The translations under genes and the position numbers were made by a program. DNA of 64,000 nucleotides. It comes from Candidatus Methanospirareceae archaeon. Lineage in GTDB: Archaea; Halobacteriota; Syntropharchaeia; Alkanophagales; Methanospirareceae. Each line of letters opens with the position of its first letter. The stretch's first letter is position 1. The DNA is taken from positions 156-64,155 of the forward strand of contig JBNGDK010000005.1 in the NCBI GenBank assembly GCA_049975405.1, written 5' to 3'. Under the pieces are notes generated by a model. That model ran no database searches and had not been told where the DNA came from. It saw only the letters and a program-made list of their open reading frames with translations. Below are positions 38,004 through 47,783 of this stretch, one piece after another.

Positions 38004-38549
38004 ATGGCAGAGGTAACCGCTGTTTCTGATTCAGGACCATTGATCGCGCTGGCAAAGCTCGGCGTTCTCTCTCAAGTGCTTGCGGTTTATTCTACGCTTA
38101 TTATATCCTAAGTGGTCTCTCATGAGACCGTAACATCGGGCTTAGCTCTTGGAATGGTCGACGCAAAAGAGCTGGATAAACGCTGCCGAAGCGGTCAGAT
38201 AGTGATCATCCCGTCAGATGAAATACAGGAAATTTCACTGGATCAACCTGCTGAATTGCACCAGGGTGAATTAGAGACGATAAAGATCGCGATACAGCGT
38301 TCTGCGGATTTTCTGTTCCTTGATGATCTTGACGCCCGTCAGGTAGCTGAAGGGAATTGTCGTAAGATGGCGACCGCTCCAACCATAAAGGGGACACTTG
38401 GGGTTCTCGTCGAACTGTATCAGAAGGAGCCGATTTCAAAAGCGCATCTGAAGGAGCATCTTGAAGCGATACAAAAGCGTAAGGATATCTGGATAAGTGC
38501 TCAACTCTGTCAGAAGTTGATTGAGTCGTTGGAAACCGGTGTTCTGTAA
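38004..38549 (+). pseudogene. DUF3368-type PIN-domain toxin interrupted by an in-frame TAA at 38106-38108. The N-terminal 34 codons (MAEVTAVSDSGPLIALAKLG...) and the 145-aa downstream ORF are in the same frame.
   Basis: Manual translation gives ...STLIIS-TAA-VVSHETVTSGLALG... with no frame change. The N-terminal Asp-Ser-Gly-Pro-Leu-Ile-Ala-Leu-Ala-Lys motif is typical of DUF3368. Confidence 0.55.
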
Positions 38550-38625
38550 GCGCTTTTCATAGTGGTAGATATGGAATAGCTGATATGAGCTACGCGCGAC
38601 ATAATCGGTGCCTCTTTGCTTGTCC

Positions 38626-38786
38626 AATAAGGAGCCGGACCCTCCTTATCAACCTTCCCAGCCCATAAAACGGGACTACAAAACGGGATCAGACAATAAG
38701 CGGCCAGACCCCCCTTATCAACCCTCCCGACCACTAAACGGGGCCAGGCCCAGCAGCTGTTTGTTGATAAACAACAACTTTAAATT
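38626..38786 (+). repeat. Island-boundary repeat block 2: two ~36-bp units separated by 30 bp, plus the hairpin/TATA tail
   Basis: Units aataaggagccggaccctccttatcaaccttccc and cagacaataagcggccagaccccccttatcaaccctccc. Tail accactaaacggggccaggcccagcagctgtttgttgataaacaacaactttaaatt matches block 1. Confidence 0.8.
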
Positions 38787-38945
38787 CGTAAGATGCGCAA
38801 AGCATCATCACATCGGCATCACCATGAAAAGAAAAGCGCGGGAAGAAGGGCTTTTGGCTGATTCCCACCGGGCGGGGTGCACCCCTACGGTACAGGATCA
38901 TGGAGCTGCTTGTGGAGACGCCGGTGCACATAACTGCCCTGGCCG

Positions 38946-40094
38946 GTGCCCGAGGCATATCGGAAGAGGCGAAGGCGGATGAGAATATCGTACATTTCAA
39001 TAGACAGAATTTTAACTGAACTTAAGTCCAGAAAAGATTCAAGAATGGTACTTAGTGACGCACGAAAACGTTCAGAACAAGAGCTATTAGAGAAATTAGA
39101 ATCATTAGGTATAACAATCGATAAAAACACCTTTAAGGAATTGTGCGATGGCTATATTTCAGCAGAGGAATTATCTCAATACTTAACAACGAGATATAAC
39201 ATAATTTCCGGTGAAGATTGTGACTGGGTTTGGTTCTGTATAACAATACTTTGGGAGCGGTGGTTTAAAAATATACCAAACCTAGAAATGATCGATGACA
39301 AAATGCAAAAGGGATATTCAGAATGTAAAAAAGACCACACGATACGGGCTTGTGAGATCTGGTTGTCATATTGGGATGATGTCTTAGTCTTGATGGGAAA
39401 ATGGGGCGTACAATCAATAAAGGAATTTGATACCCGTTTTGATCAGACCCAAAGTGTTTATAATTGGTGTCAAGATTTCGAAATGGAACTCCATAACGCT
39501 TCGCTACAGGATGTGGGATATAATCAGTTTCGGATAGATTTCTGCGAGAAAATACTGCCGTTGATAGACAAAGAAGAAAAGTTACTTATTGGAAATATGA
39601 GAATGGGTATTGCTGAGTCATATTTTAACATGGAGCGAGCTAGCAAAGCAGATGAATTATATAAAGCATGGTTAGAAGCCGATCCCACATGGGGCTGGGG
39701 ATGGATTGGCTGGTCTGATCTTTACTGGCTATCTCCAAAAAAGGGATATCATAATCTCGAAAAGGCAGAAAAAATACTTATAGAAGCCCTAGAAAACGAA
39801 GACATCCGTGATAAGAGAGATGTTCTTGAACGCTTATCCGATTTTTATAGTAATATTAAGGCTGTCGATAAAAAGAAAAAAATAAACCGCCAAATAGCGT
39901 TATTGAATAAAGAACACAAAGAAGTTCATACTCATTGGCTGAATGAAGCAAACCCCAATGATTTCCCGTACACTTCATCTGCACAAAAACTGGCAAGAGA
40001 AATTCCTAAAAAAGGAAAGATAGGCAGAAACGACCCCTGTCCCTGTGGCAGCGGGAAAAAGTACAAGAAATGCTGTGGTCGATATACTAAATGA
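38946..40094 (+). CDS. Helical protein with a C-terminal SEC-C metal-binding motif (YecA/SecA-C-like), in an AT-rich island
   Basis: C-terminus [19 protein letters not shown]. About 37% GC. A start at the internal [12 protein letters not shown] is possible. Confidence 0.6.
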   Translation: MPEAYRKRRRRMRISYISIDRILTELKSRKDSRMVLSDARKRSEQELLEKLESLGITIDKNTFKELCDGYISAEELSQYLTTRYNIISGEDCDWVWFCITILWERWFKNIPNLEMIDDKMQKGYSECKKDHTIRACEIWLSYWDDVLVLMGKWGVQSIKEFDTRFDQTQSVYNWCQDFEMELHNASLQDVGYNQFRIDFCEKILPLIDKEEKLLIGNMRMGIAESYFNMERASKADELYKAWLEADPTWGWGWIGWSDLYWLSPKKGYHNLEKAEKILIEALENEDIRDKRDVLERLSDFYSNIKAVDKKKKINRQIALLNKEHKEVHTHWLNEANPNDFPYTSSAQKLAREIPKKGKIGRNDPCPCGSGKKYKKCCGRYTK

Positions 40095-40476
40095 CAGAAA
40101 AAGCCGCGGTAATATGATTGAAACTGATGGCAAAAATATATCAAGAAGAGAGATAAAGCTAATATCATTTATTTGCAATACATATTGCCCCTTCTGTAAG
40201 AACGACAAATGTAATGCTGAGCAAATTATGGTAAAATATGACACCACGGAGTTGACTCCGGTTCAGGCGAAAGAAATACCTGAATTTAAATTAAACAACG
40301 CATCATGTCAAAATCACATACCTGATGAGGGATTCTTAATGTTTGGCCATAAAATTGAAATCCATTATTCTGATGGTAGAGTTGAGCTAAAGAAAGGGTG
40401 GTACACTACCACTGCGATTTCAGAACTATGGCGAGATGACGTCGAATATGTGGATATCATATTTAGTGACCTATAA
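40045..40476 (+). CDS. Hypothetical Cys-containing protein. The likely start is the internal [10 protein letters not shown].
   Basis: ORF-track only. CxxC motif. AT-rich island. Confidence 0.4.
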   Translation: MAAGKSTRNAVVDILNDRKSRGNMIETDGKNISRREIKLISFICNTYCPFCKNDKCNAEQIMVKYDTTELTPVQAKEIPEFKLNNASCQNHIPDEGFLMFGHKIEIHYSDGRVELKKGWYTTTAISELWRDDVEYVDIIFSDL

Positions 40477-40517
40477 TTCTTCGCACATACAAAATCAAAG
40501 GCAGTGTAGTAAACTGA

Positions 40518-40823
40518 ATGGAGGAACGCATGAAACTAATCGATGAAATGAAAAGCTGTCTACCAATTCCAGTTTATCCATCTAAAGAATTGCTACAACT
40601 CATGCGTAAACGTGGAAAAAATGTCACCAATAGGGTGGAATTAAACATTACTAAGGTATTTGACTCTGGGGATATTGGAGGAATAGTTTGCGCAGTGCTT
40701 GAAGACAAAGAAGAAGAGTTTATCGTTTCGTTGACCAATCTCAAAATAAAGCCAACACATCCATTAGCTCATAAAATAGTGGCTTATCAAAAACAAAGAA
40801 TAAAAGCTATTTCAGGGAGATGA
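40518..40823 (+). CDS. Hypothetical 101-aa protein
   Basis: ORF-track only. AT-rich island. Confidence 0.4.
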   Translation: MEERMKLIDEMKSCLPIPVYPSKELLQLMRKRGKNVTNRVELNITKVFDSGDIGGIVCAVLEDKEEEFIVSLTNLKIKPTHPLAHKIVAYQKQRIKAISGR

Positions 40824-41413
40824 TATGATTTAGCCTATCTTTGCTTTCAGCAGACAAAAAAAAGGAGATAAAATTGACTATTTCAATATGAGTCGCATAT
40901 GCTACTTTAAGTATTTCTTCAATATTAAGGAAGTATTTAAGAATATATACCTATAATATAATCTATAATCAGGATAAATATAGGGTTTGAGCTATATCTA
41001 CAGTTGGAGAAATTGACAAAATTATAATATATAGCGAGGAAGTAATTTTAACTCTAGCTTAGTGAATATCCTTCGAAATATACCGTAACACTAGAAGTAT
41101 TCAAGAAGTATGCCACGATACTAAGAAATTCAATAGATAGCGATATAACGGGGAACCTACAAATAGTTGGTATGAACGATAGGGCTGCCGTTGAAGAAGC
41201 AATTGCGGTGGGCCACTTTACAACACGATTTGTCGGTACTTTTTATGCCGTTAGTTGTGAGCGGAATTATTGGTTATGTTGGTAGGATTTACGCTTCTTA
41301 TACCGTGAGAAATTGCGTCCTGGCGCGAATCTGGGAGTCCCTCTCAGGTTAAGCCATGTGACAATTCGCACTGTTTTTAACGTGATGGAGTCCTTATTTA
41401 TACGGGATCGATC

Positions 41414-41884
41414 GTGAGAAGACGAAAGGCGAAAGAAAACGAGAAAATATACCTGGTTAAGGTTATCCAGAGCGATTGGACCGGAAGAACAAGAGGCCAG
41501 CCCTACAGGATATTAGCCATTCAGGAAGAACTATCCCTTTATTCTTTTGCGGAAGCAATAGTAAGCTCTTTTAGTTTCGATTTTGATCATGCTTTTGGTT
41601 TTTATGATAATTTAAAGCAATGGACCAAATCAGAAGAATGTTATGAGTTATTCGAAGACATGCCGGAAGAGATTATTATCGAACCGAGAAGATGTAAAAG
41701 TGTTAAAAAGACGAAAGTAAAAGCGGTTTTTAGTGATGTTAAAAAGAGAATGCTTTTTCTTTATGATTATGGTGATGAATGGTATTTTATCGTTGAACTC
41801 CAAAAGATAGAAACTCCAAGAGAAGATTCAAAGTATCCCTTACTTGTAGAATCTGTTGGAAAAGCTTTTGCTCAATACGAATAA
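41414..41884 (+). CDS. pRiA4b ORF-3-like (PF07929-type) protein
   Basis: N-terminal IYLVKVIQSDWTGRTRGQPYRIL and the signature YDYGDEWYF, which match the PRiA4_ORF3 family consensus (YDFGDxWxH). GTG start. Confidence 0.5.
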   Translation: MRRRKAKENEKIYLVKVIQSDWTGRTRGQPYRILAIQEELSLYSFAEAIVSSFSFDFDHAFGFYDNLKQWTKSEECYELFEDMPEEIIIEPRRCKSVKKTKVKAVFSDVKKRMLFLYDYGDEWYFIVELQKIETPREDSKYPLLVESVGKAFAQYE

Positions 41885-42218
41885 TCAGAAGAGCATGGTA
41901 GAAATTATACAAGAGGTACACAAACGCACTTTTTTGAATCGGCCTTTTACTCACTGATGTCCCAGAGCGTCAACCTATTTTAGAGAAAGGTAGACGGTTC
42001 ATTGCTCCTTGTGTTGTACAACTGTTTCTTCAAAGTGATGATGCTTCTCTGGCGATCGTGGAAGAAGCGATGAAAGCGATAGGTTCGGCGGAAGCGATGG
42101 TGGATGATGACGCGCCTTTTCCCGTTCGTCGTGAGAGCAAGGATTGTTATAATGATCAGGGTGCTGAACGTTCAAAACGCTTTTCGGTCGTGCTGAGCTG
42201 GCACGAATCACCAAAAAG

Positions 42219-42464
42219 TTATTTTTGCCGCCCGCAGGTTCGGCCGTATTTAATGCCCCATGGCCCCCATGACGCACCCAGTATAGCACCCACGATGAGC
42301 AGCGAGACAAGGACAATCACACTGTTCTCAATGAGCGTGAACGCAGCGGCATGGAAGGTCAGCCATAAGATGAGAAAGGCGAGCCAGCCCATGACCACAA
42401 CGATCGAGAGCGAAACGCGCCACGCGAATCCTGGCGTTCCCAGCACCGCTTCATCTTCTGCCAT
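42219..42464 (-). CDS. Hypothetical small membrane protein, 81 aa with 2 TM helices
   Basis: Hydrophobic segments. ORF-track only; GC-rich patch. Confidence 0.3.
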   Translation of the reverse strand: MAEDEAVLGTPGFAWRVSLSIVVVMGWLAFLILWLTFHAAAFTLIENSVIVLVSLLIVGAILGASWGPWGIKYGRTCGRQK

Positions 42465-42544
42465 ATACTACGCTCCTTCGAGGATGTAACTGACGTAAAG
42501 CACGTCAGCTTAAAACGTTGTGGTGAGTCGCTGTCGGGGACGGA

Positions 42545-42578
42545 ATAAGGAGCCTGATTCTCCCTATCAACCCTTCCG
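42545..42578 (+). repeat. Third copy of the ~34-bp island repeat unit
   Basis: Sequence aataaggagcctgattctccctatcaacccttcc; about 80% identity to units at 38626 and 37601. Confidence 0.65.
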
Positions 42579-42769
42579 GCCATTAGGGGTCAGAGACAAA
42601 AGGAGCTTTTCTTGCTTCTTTGGATTTACAGAAGGAGCAATGGAGATCTCATCCCTTCGCCTATAAGCTATCGTGGTCGATCTGGTTAATATGTTAATTG
42701 ATTATTCCGAAAAAAGCAAGGGTTTTTATAGATGCATACCAAATTGTCATGCTTATTGTGTGATGAAAG

Positions 42770-43801
42770 ATGAAGAAGGAACAGATGATTGGCTTTTTCT
42801 TGATTGCACTCGTGGCAGGTATAATGTTCGCAGGATGCGTTGAAGAAGAAACACCAGCGACTTATCCAACTCCAGCACAAACAGCTGAAGAAGCACCATC
42901 AATAATGCCATTGGAAACGCTTGAACAAACACAGGCAACAGAAGAAATATTACCTTCATCAACTCCCACACAGTACAAATCTGTTATTCAATATAGAAAC
43001 CAGACTGCATACAAGGCAGAATATATCTTTGAACTATTATTTGGTGAACACACCACTATAAATTTTTTAAATGTTTATGTCCCTATACCAACGGAATGGG
43101 AATCACAGAGAGATGTAGAATTAATTTTACTTTCTCCCGATGGAGATATTAGTTCAAAGAACATTTACGGAAAATACATAAATTTTAATAAAGATAATCT
43201 AAAAAACAATATGCTTTCAACAAAGCAAATATTTAAGTTCAACACGTATGAAACAATAACAAATACTAAAGTTGACAACGTGCAGAATTATAACACTAGC
43301 TCAGTTATTTATAGCGAATACACAAAACATGAAAATAAAATAGAAAGAGATTTTTTTGTAGATAAAATACAAGAAATCGTGGGCGATGAAGAAAATCCTA
43401 TTAAGAGAGCTAGAAAAATTTATGATTATGTTATCGGCTCTGTTAGATATAAGTCGCAAGGTGGAGTCCTCAGAGGTGCGAAATATTGCTATGAAAATAA
43501 AGAAGGAGAATGTGGTGATTATTCAGCGTTGTTTGTAGCTATGTGTAGGGCTGAAGGTATACCAGCCAGACCCGTTGTTGGTTTTTGGGCTGATTCCGCT
43601 TATGGTAATGAGCATGTATGGGCAGAATTTTATGTTCAAGATATTGGATGGATACCCGTAGATCCAACAATCGGACAACAAAGCGAAGAGGAACGAGAGT
43701 ACTACTTCGGAAATATGGATAATAAGCGACTTATAATGTCGAAGGGGTATAATGTTCCGTTTGATGCGGGTACCGCTGATTTATTCCATATTGGGGCTTA
43801 G
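42770..43801 (+). CDS. Transglutaminase-like cysteine protease domain protein with an archaeal lipobox-type signal peptide
   Basis: Signal peptide and Cys (LIALVAGIMFAGC). Transglutaminase core GECGDYSALFVAMCRAEGIPARPV, HVWAEFY, WIPVDPT (Cys-His-Asp). Confidence 0.8.
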   Translation: MKKEQMIGFFLIALVAGIMFAGCVEEETPATYPTPAQTAEEAPSIMPLETLEQTQATEEILPSSTPTQYKSVIQYRNQTAYKAEYIFELLFGEHTTINFLNVYVPIPTEWESQRDVELILLSPDGDISSKNIYGKYINFNKDNLKNNMLSTKQIFKFNTYETITNTKVDNVQNYNTSSVIYSEYTKHENKIERDFFVDKIQEIVGDEENPIKRARKIYDYVIGSVRYKSQGGVLRGAKYCYENKEGECGDYSALFVAMCRAEGIPARPVVGFWADSAYGNEHVWAEFYVQDIGWIPVDPTIGQQSEEEREYYFGNMDNKRLIMSKGYNVPFDAGTADLFHIGA

Positions 43802-44135
43802 GTGGTATGGTATTGGCGAACATCCTTCTTTAAATTACCAGTATGATGGGGGAAAAATGTAATTATTATATATTTGAGAGGGTAATAAATTGCTCGTTAA
43901 AATCCCTTTCATCACTCTGTGGTCCTGTTGATGTTGCACCAGATAAAGGATTTGTTTTAGTTAATAAAAGCAAATTAAATGGCGAACGGAGTAGAAGTCG
44001 ATCTTGACGAACAGCCAGTTTTGAAATAATTAAACGTGTTCGAACCAACTCTTCTAATATTTGATTCCAAGTCTGAGCAGCGTGCATTGAATTAGGCACT
44101 GCAAGGTTTTATACCGCTGCGGACATGATTAGAGC

Positions 44136-44783
44136 ATGCGAAAAAGCGTACTGGTGGTCTGGCTGCTGGTGCTGCTCGCGTTCGCGCTCAGTATCGCGGT
44201 CTACCCGCAGATGCCGGAGCTGATGGCTTCGCACTGGAACGCACGCGGCGAGGTCGACGGCTACATGTCCAAGTTCTGGGGCCTGTTCTTGCTCCCGCTA
44301 CTGCTCGCGGGTGTCGTGCTCCTGCTGCTGGCGATACCGCGTATCGATCCGTTGAGGGCGAACATAGCAGCGTTTCGATCCTATTACGACGGTTTCATCC
44401 TGGTCTTCTGCCTCTTTCTGCTCCTGGTACACCTGCAGGTCATTCTGTGGAACAGCGGCATCGAGATCAGCCCCAACCTGACGCTCCCGATCGGCTGCGG
44501 GCTGCTCTATTACTATATCGGGATCATGCTCGAGCACGCGCAGCGGAACTGGTTCATCGGAATCAGGACGCCATGGACGCTGAGCAGCGATACCATATGG
44601 ACGCAGACGCATCAACGCGGTGCGAAACTGTTCAAGCTCGCGGGCGCTATTGCCATACTGGGAGTTTTCGTTCCGGCCTACGCTATCCTCTTCATCATCA
44701 TGCCCGTGCTCTTCGTCGCGGTGTACACTATTGTCTATTCCTACTGGGCATATCAGGAGGAGCTGCGGCGTGGACGCAGTTAG
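44136..44783 (+). CDS. SdpI/YhfL-family membrane protein (DUF1648 plus SdpI immunity-like domain)
   Basis: PQMPELMASHWNARGEVDGY matches the DUF1648 motif. 6 TM helices. GC-rich, unlike its neighbours. Confidence 0.6.
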   Translation: MRKSVLVVWLLVLLAFALSIAVYPQMPELMASHWNARGEVDGYMSKFWGLFLLPLLLAGVVLLLLAIPRIDPLRANIAAFRSYYDGFILVFCLFLLLVHLQVILWNSGIEISPNLTLPIGCGLLYYYIGIMLEHAQRNWFIGIRTPWTLSSDTIWTQTHQRGAKLFKLAGAIAILGVFVPAYAILFIIMPVLFVAVYTIVYSYWAYQEELRRGRS

Positions 44784-44912
44784 GTGATTGTGCCTCTTCC
44801 ATCTCTTCAAATGACCGGGGACAGGTTCTACGGGGCACTTCAGTCTAAACGATACTCCACGTCGTTCCTTTACATCGTGCGATCTTGGAGAAAAGAAAGT
44901 ATACTACTTATC

Positions 44913-45161
44913 TTACAGTGCAACGGCTTTAAAATCAAGCTCGCCCGCGAGAATTTTTTGCAGTTTGACTTTCTGCTCGCTCACTTCCTTTAAAATTTGA
45001 TTGACGTGTTCCACAGTATCTATCGAGAAATATCGTTCTCCACACTGTTGGCAAACCAATGCGGGGACTTCTTTTATTACCACTACTTTCCCGTCTGCTT
45101 TTTTTATAACTTCAACCTCTTTCTCTTCTAATTCTCCACCGCAAAGGCTACAAGGCTCCAT
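44913..45161 (-). CDS. YgiT-type zinc-finger protein (MqsA-like zinc ribbon without HTH)
   Basis: CSLCGG...VPALVCQQCGERYFS. Strong SD (AAGGAGG) 7 nt upstream. Confidence 0.6.
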   Translation of the reverse strand: MEPCSLCGGELEEKEVEVIKKADGKVVVIKEVPALVCQQCGERYFSIDTVEHVNQILKEVSEQKVKLQKILAGELDFKAVAL

Positions 45162-45304
45162 TGTTTCATTTACCTCCTTTTTTCCTCAATCTAGAGTTAA
45201 TCCATCTTTCAGGATTCGGTTCATAGGCCGTTAATATTCTTATATGTTCTTTACATAAAGCAACAGGCACGTGGATAGGTCTTGGACCGACAAAGACCAG
45301 GATT

Positions 45305-45430
45305 AAAAAACTTTTCGTTCCGCCCTACGCTATCCTCTTCATCATCGTGCCTGTGCTCCTCGTCGCAGTGTACACTATTGTCTATTCCTACTGGGCATAT
45401 CAGGAGGAGCAGCGGCGTGGACGCAAGTAG
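45305..45430 (+). pseudogene. Orphan duplicate of the last ~40 codons of the SdpI-like gene (FVPPYAILFIIVPVLLVAVYTIVYSYWAYQEEQRRGRK)
   Basis: About 90% nucleotide identity to 44666-44783. No upstream coding continuity. Confidence 0.55.
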
Positions 45431-45497
45431 GTGATAGGAAGTGGCATTTTTCGGTAGCGTGGCCAACCTCAAGAACTGGCGCGAAGCGCCGTCTATA

Positions 45498-46229
45498 TCA
45501 GATCCTCAGGGAGCTTGTACCGAGGATGCGAACGATGTCATTCCTGGAGATTGACGGCCGGTGCGTGGATGCAAATTTCCGCTTTGACAGATTCTCCACG
45601 ATACTCGGTAACAGCTCAGCGGGGATCCCGACGAAAATATCCTCATCTTTGACAGTCATAGACCTTCTTGCACCCACATCACCCAGGCTATAAACAACTT
45701 CACCGGTCAGAGCAGGGTAAGCAACCACTGCTGAACAGACCGGAGGACCGGTTAAGCCCCTGGTAAGCCTGCCTGATTCGTATGCAACTGCTTCCGCTAT
45801 TTCCATCCCTTGCTTCGCAGTGCAGATGAGAACCACGATGTCCGGTTCAAATGCGGTCTTTTCCAATGGTGAAAACGTAATCACCTTAACGGCTCCAGGT
45901 TCTAGTCTTGGAATTGAGCTGATAAATCGTCTCGCAGCTCTCGTGGAGCCAAAGAGTCCTAAATCCTTAGCAAGGAACTCACCGGTCATTAACCGCTCAC
46001 TTGGCGGTATCAACCCGCAACTATAAGCGCCCCCGTCACATTCGTGGTTCTCCGCAAGGGTATAGAACGATACCCCTTCAAGCCGGACTTTATCGAGCAT
46101 TTGGCAGAGTCTCATTCGCCCTTGCAGCTGTTCTACACCTTCCAGCGGTCTGCTCGAGAACGTGACAGCAATCGGAGAACGTTCGAGCCCTAAGATCGCC
46201 GTTAATCTTTTTGCGAGTTCGGCATACAT
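45498..46229 (-). CDS. DUF169-family protein (COG2043-like)
   Basis: 243 aa. Family assignment from memory of the N-terminal LGL..PIAV.F and C.GG motifs. Confidence 0.45.
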   Translation of the reverse strand: MYAELAKRLTAILGLERSPIAVTFSSRPLEGVEQLQGRMRLCQMLDKVRLEGVSFYTLAENHECDGGAYSCGLIPPSERLMTGEFLAKDLGLFGSTRAARRFISSIPRLEPGAVKVITFSPLEKTAFEPDIVVLICTAKQGMEIAEAVAYESGRLTRGLTGPPVCSAVVAYPALTGEVVYSLGDVGARRSMTVKDEDIFVGIPAELLPSIVENLSKRKFASTHRPSISRNDIVRILGTSSLRI

Positions 46230-46571
46230 CTATCTCTATTCACCTCCTCTAATCTTCTCTATTTCCTCCAGCCCCTTTAATGTTTCCCTCACTTCACCGT
46301 ATCGCCGGTATTCATGTTCGTGGATGACCCACGGATAGGAGTCGATGCACTGAACCTTGAGGAGTTTTAGATATCCTCGGATGAATGCTGCAGGTATTGA
46401 GCGGTTTCTGACGAGCACGTACAGATCGCAGAAGGGCCAGAGCCTAAGGGAAAAACGCTCAGGGTGTAGACGGTAACTGTTAAGGTGCGTGCCGGAAGTA
46501 AAAAGCTAAGCGGGCCGCTCTATTTATAGCCACTTGCGAAATAGTATATTCGATAATAGAAAACGCAAAAG

Positions 46572-47717
46572 GTGCTCAAAATGGGAAATCCAAAAAGAAT
46601 AATGAACGATAAAATAATGAAGCTCATAGCAGTGACAGGAGATCTAATCAGAGACTGTGCATTAGAAAACGGTGGTATTGTAGCTGCGAACGCAACAAAA
46701 AAATATTATCCAGCAGCTGCTAAAAATTACTTTTATGTCTGGCCACGTGATGCTGCATTTGCCTGTATTGCCGCAGATGTGTTGGGCCTTGAGAACGTCC
46801 AGGAAAACTTCTTTGACTGGTGTTTGAAGCGGGCTGAAGGGTTCAGAGATAACGGATTGTTTTATGAAAAATACTACCCGAACGGATTAAAAGCGTTAAC
46901 ACAGTTCCAACCAGACCAGACCGGTATGGTATTGTTTGCGGTATGGCACCATTATAAAGCGGATATGAGCCGGGCATCAGAATTCCATGAGCTCATTGAA
47001 ATCGCCGGCAACGGTATCTGTAGCGCGTGGAACAAAGATCACTTCACCAGGGTTACGAACGACCTGTGGGAGGAGCGACTTTGCTTTCCGGATCTCAACG
47101 AGAATTTCTCGTATTCGTTAGCCGCATGCATCAAAGGTCTTCGCTGTGCACATGCAGTAATGCCAAACCCAAAATGGATTACAACTGCATCAGAAATGAA
47201 AAAACGTCTGGATAACCAGTTCATGGACTATTTCATCCGATCATGTGGTAAGCTATCTGACCGGCGGATAGATGCATCCGCAATGGGGTTAGTTTATCCG
47301 TTTGAGGTGTATGACGCTAATGATCCGCGAATACTTGCCACAATAAACGAAATCGAGAAAAGACTTGTTAATAACGGGGGAGTACACCGGTATGAACACG
47401 ACGAGTATGATGGCTGGATGTATGAAACGCTGCACAGAAAAAAGGGTGCAGGTGCATGGCCGCTCCTGAATTTCTGGATGGCTCTGTATTATGCGATTAA
47501 AGGAGATAAAGATAGTGCTGAAAAGTACTATTACTGGGTTTTAGAAAAAATTAACGCGGGTTATTGCTGCATACCTGAGCAGATATTTGAAAATGAAATA
47601 CAGGTGTCTGTCTCGCCGTTACTATGGTCTCATGCCATGTTCGTAGTGGCCTCTAAACAGCTGGGGATACTTACATCACATAACCGCGTCACTGCAAATA
47701 AAACTATTGATTTGTAG
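46572..47717 (+). CDS. Glycoside hydrolase family 15 (glucoamylase/trehalase-like) catalytic domain protein
   Basis: YFYVWPRDAAF motif and (alpha/alpha)6-barrel-type sequence. 381 aa. Confidence 0.7.
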   Translation: MLKMGNPKRIMNDKIMKLIAVTGDLIRDCALENGGIVAANATKKYYPAAAKNYFYVWPRDAAFACIAADVLGLENVQENFFDWCLKRAEGFRDNGLFYEKYYPNGLKALTQFQPDQTGMVLFAVWHHYKADMSRASEFHELIEIAGNGICSAWNKDHFTRVTNDLWEERLCFPDLNENFSYSLAACIKGLRCAHAVMPNPKWITTASEMKKRLDNQFMDYFIRSCGKLSDRRIDASAMGLVYPFEVYDANDPRILATINEIEKRLVNNGGVHRYEHDEYDGWMYETLHRKKGAGAWPLLNFWMALYYAIKGDKDSAEKYYYWVLEKINAGYCCIPEQIFENEIQVSVSPLLWSHAMFVVASKQLGILTSHNRVTANKTIDL

Positions 47718-47783
47718 TTGTTCTAATCTTCAACTGAAGAAATAAGTGAGGCGCCCAGCATGACTGCAGGAAACTGGGTGTCT

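Noticed and set aside
38106-38108. In-frame stop in the PIN toxin considered as pyrrolysine or stop-codon recoding
   Set aside because: The codon is TAA (ochre), not TAG (amber). No recoding context applies, so nonsense mutation or sequencing error is more parsimonious.
38608-38982. 124-aa plus-strand ORF with DPPYQPSQP/DPPYQPSRP peptide repeats
   Set aside because: It is the translation of the noncoding island repeat units (cccccttatcaaccctcc), not a gene.
42058-42489. 143-aa plus-strand ORF overlapping the small membrane protein gene
   Set aside because: Low-complexity translation. The opposite-strand ORF has clear TM helices. Both are low confidence.
37563-42578. Direct repeats near the tRNA gene considered as a possible CRISPR array
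   Set aside because: Units are not regularly spaced. They are separated by whole genes of 1-4 kb rather than 30-40-bp spacers. Copies are only about 80-90% identical, and no cas genes are present.
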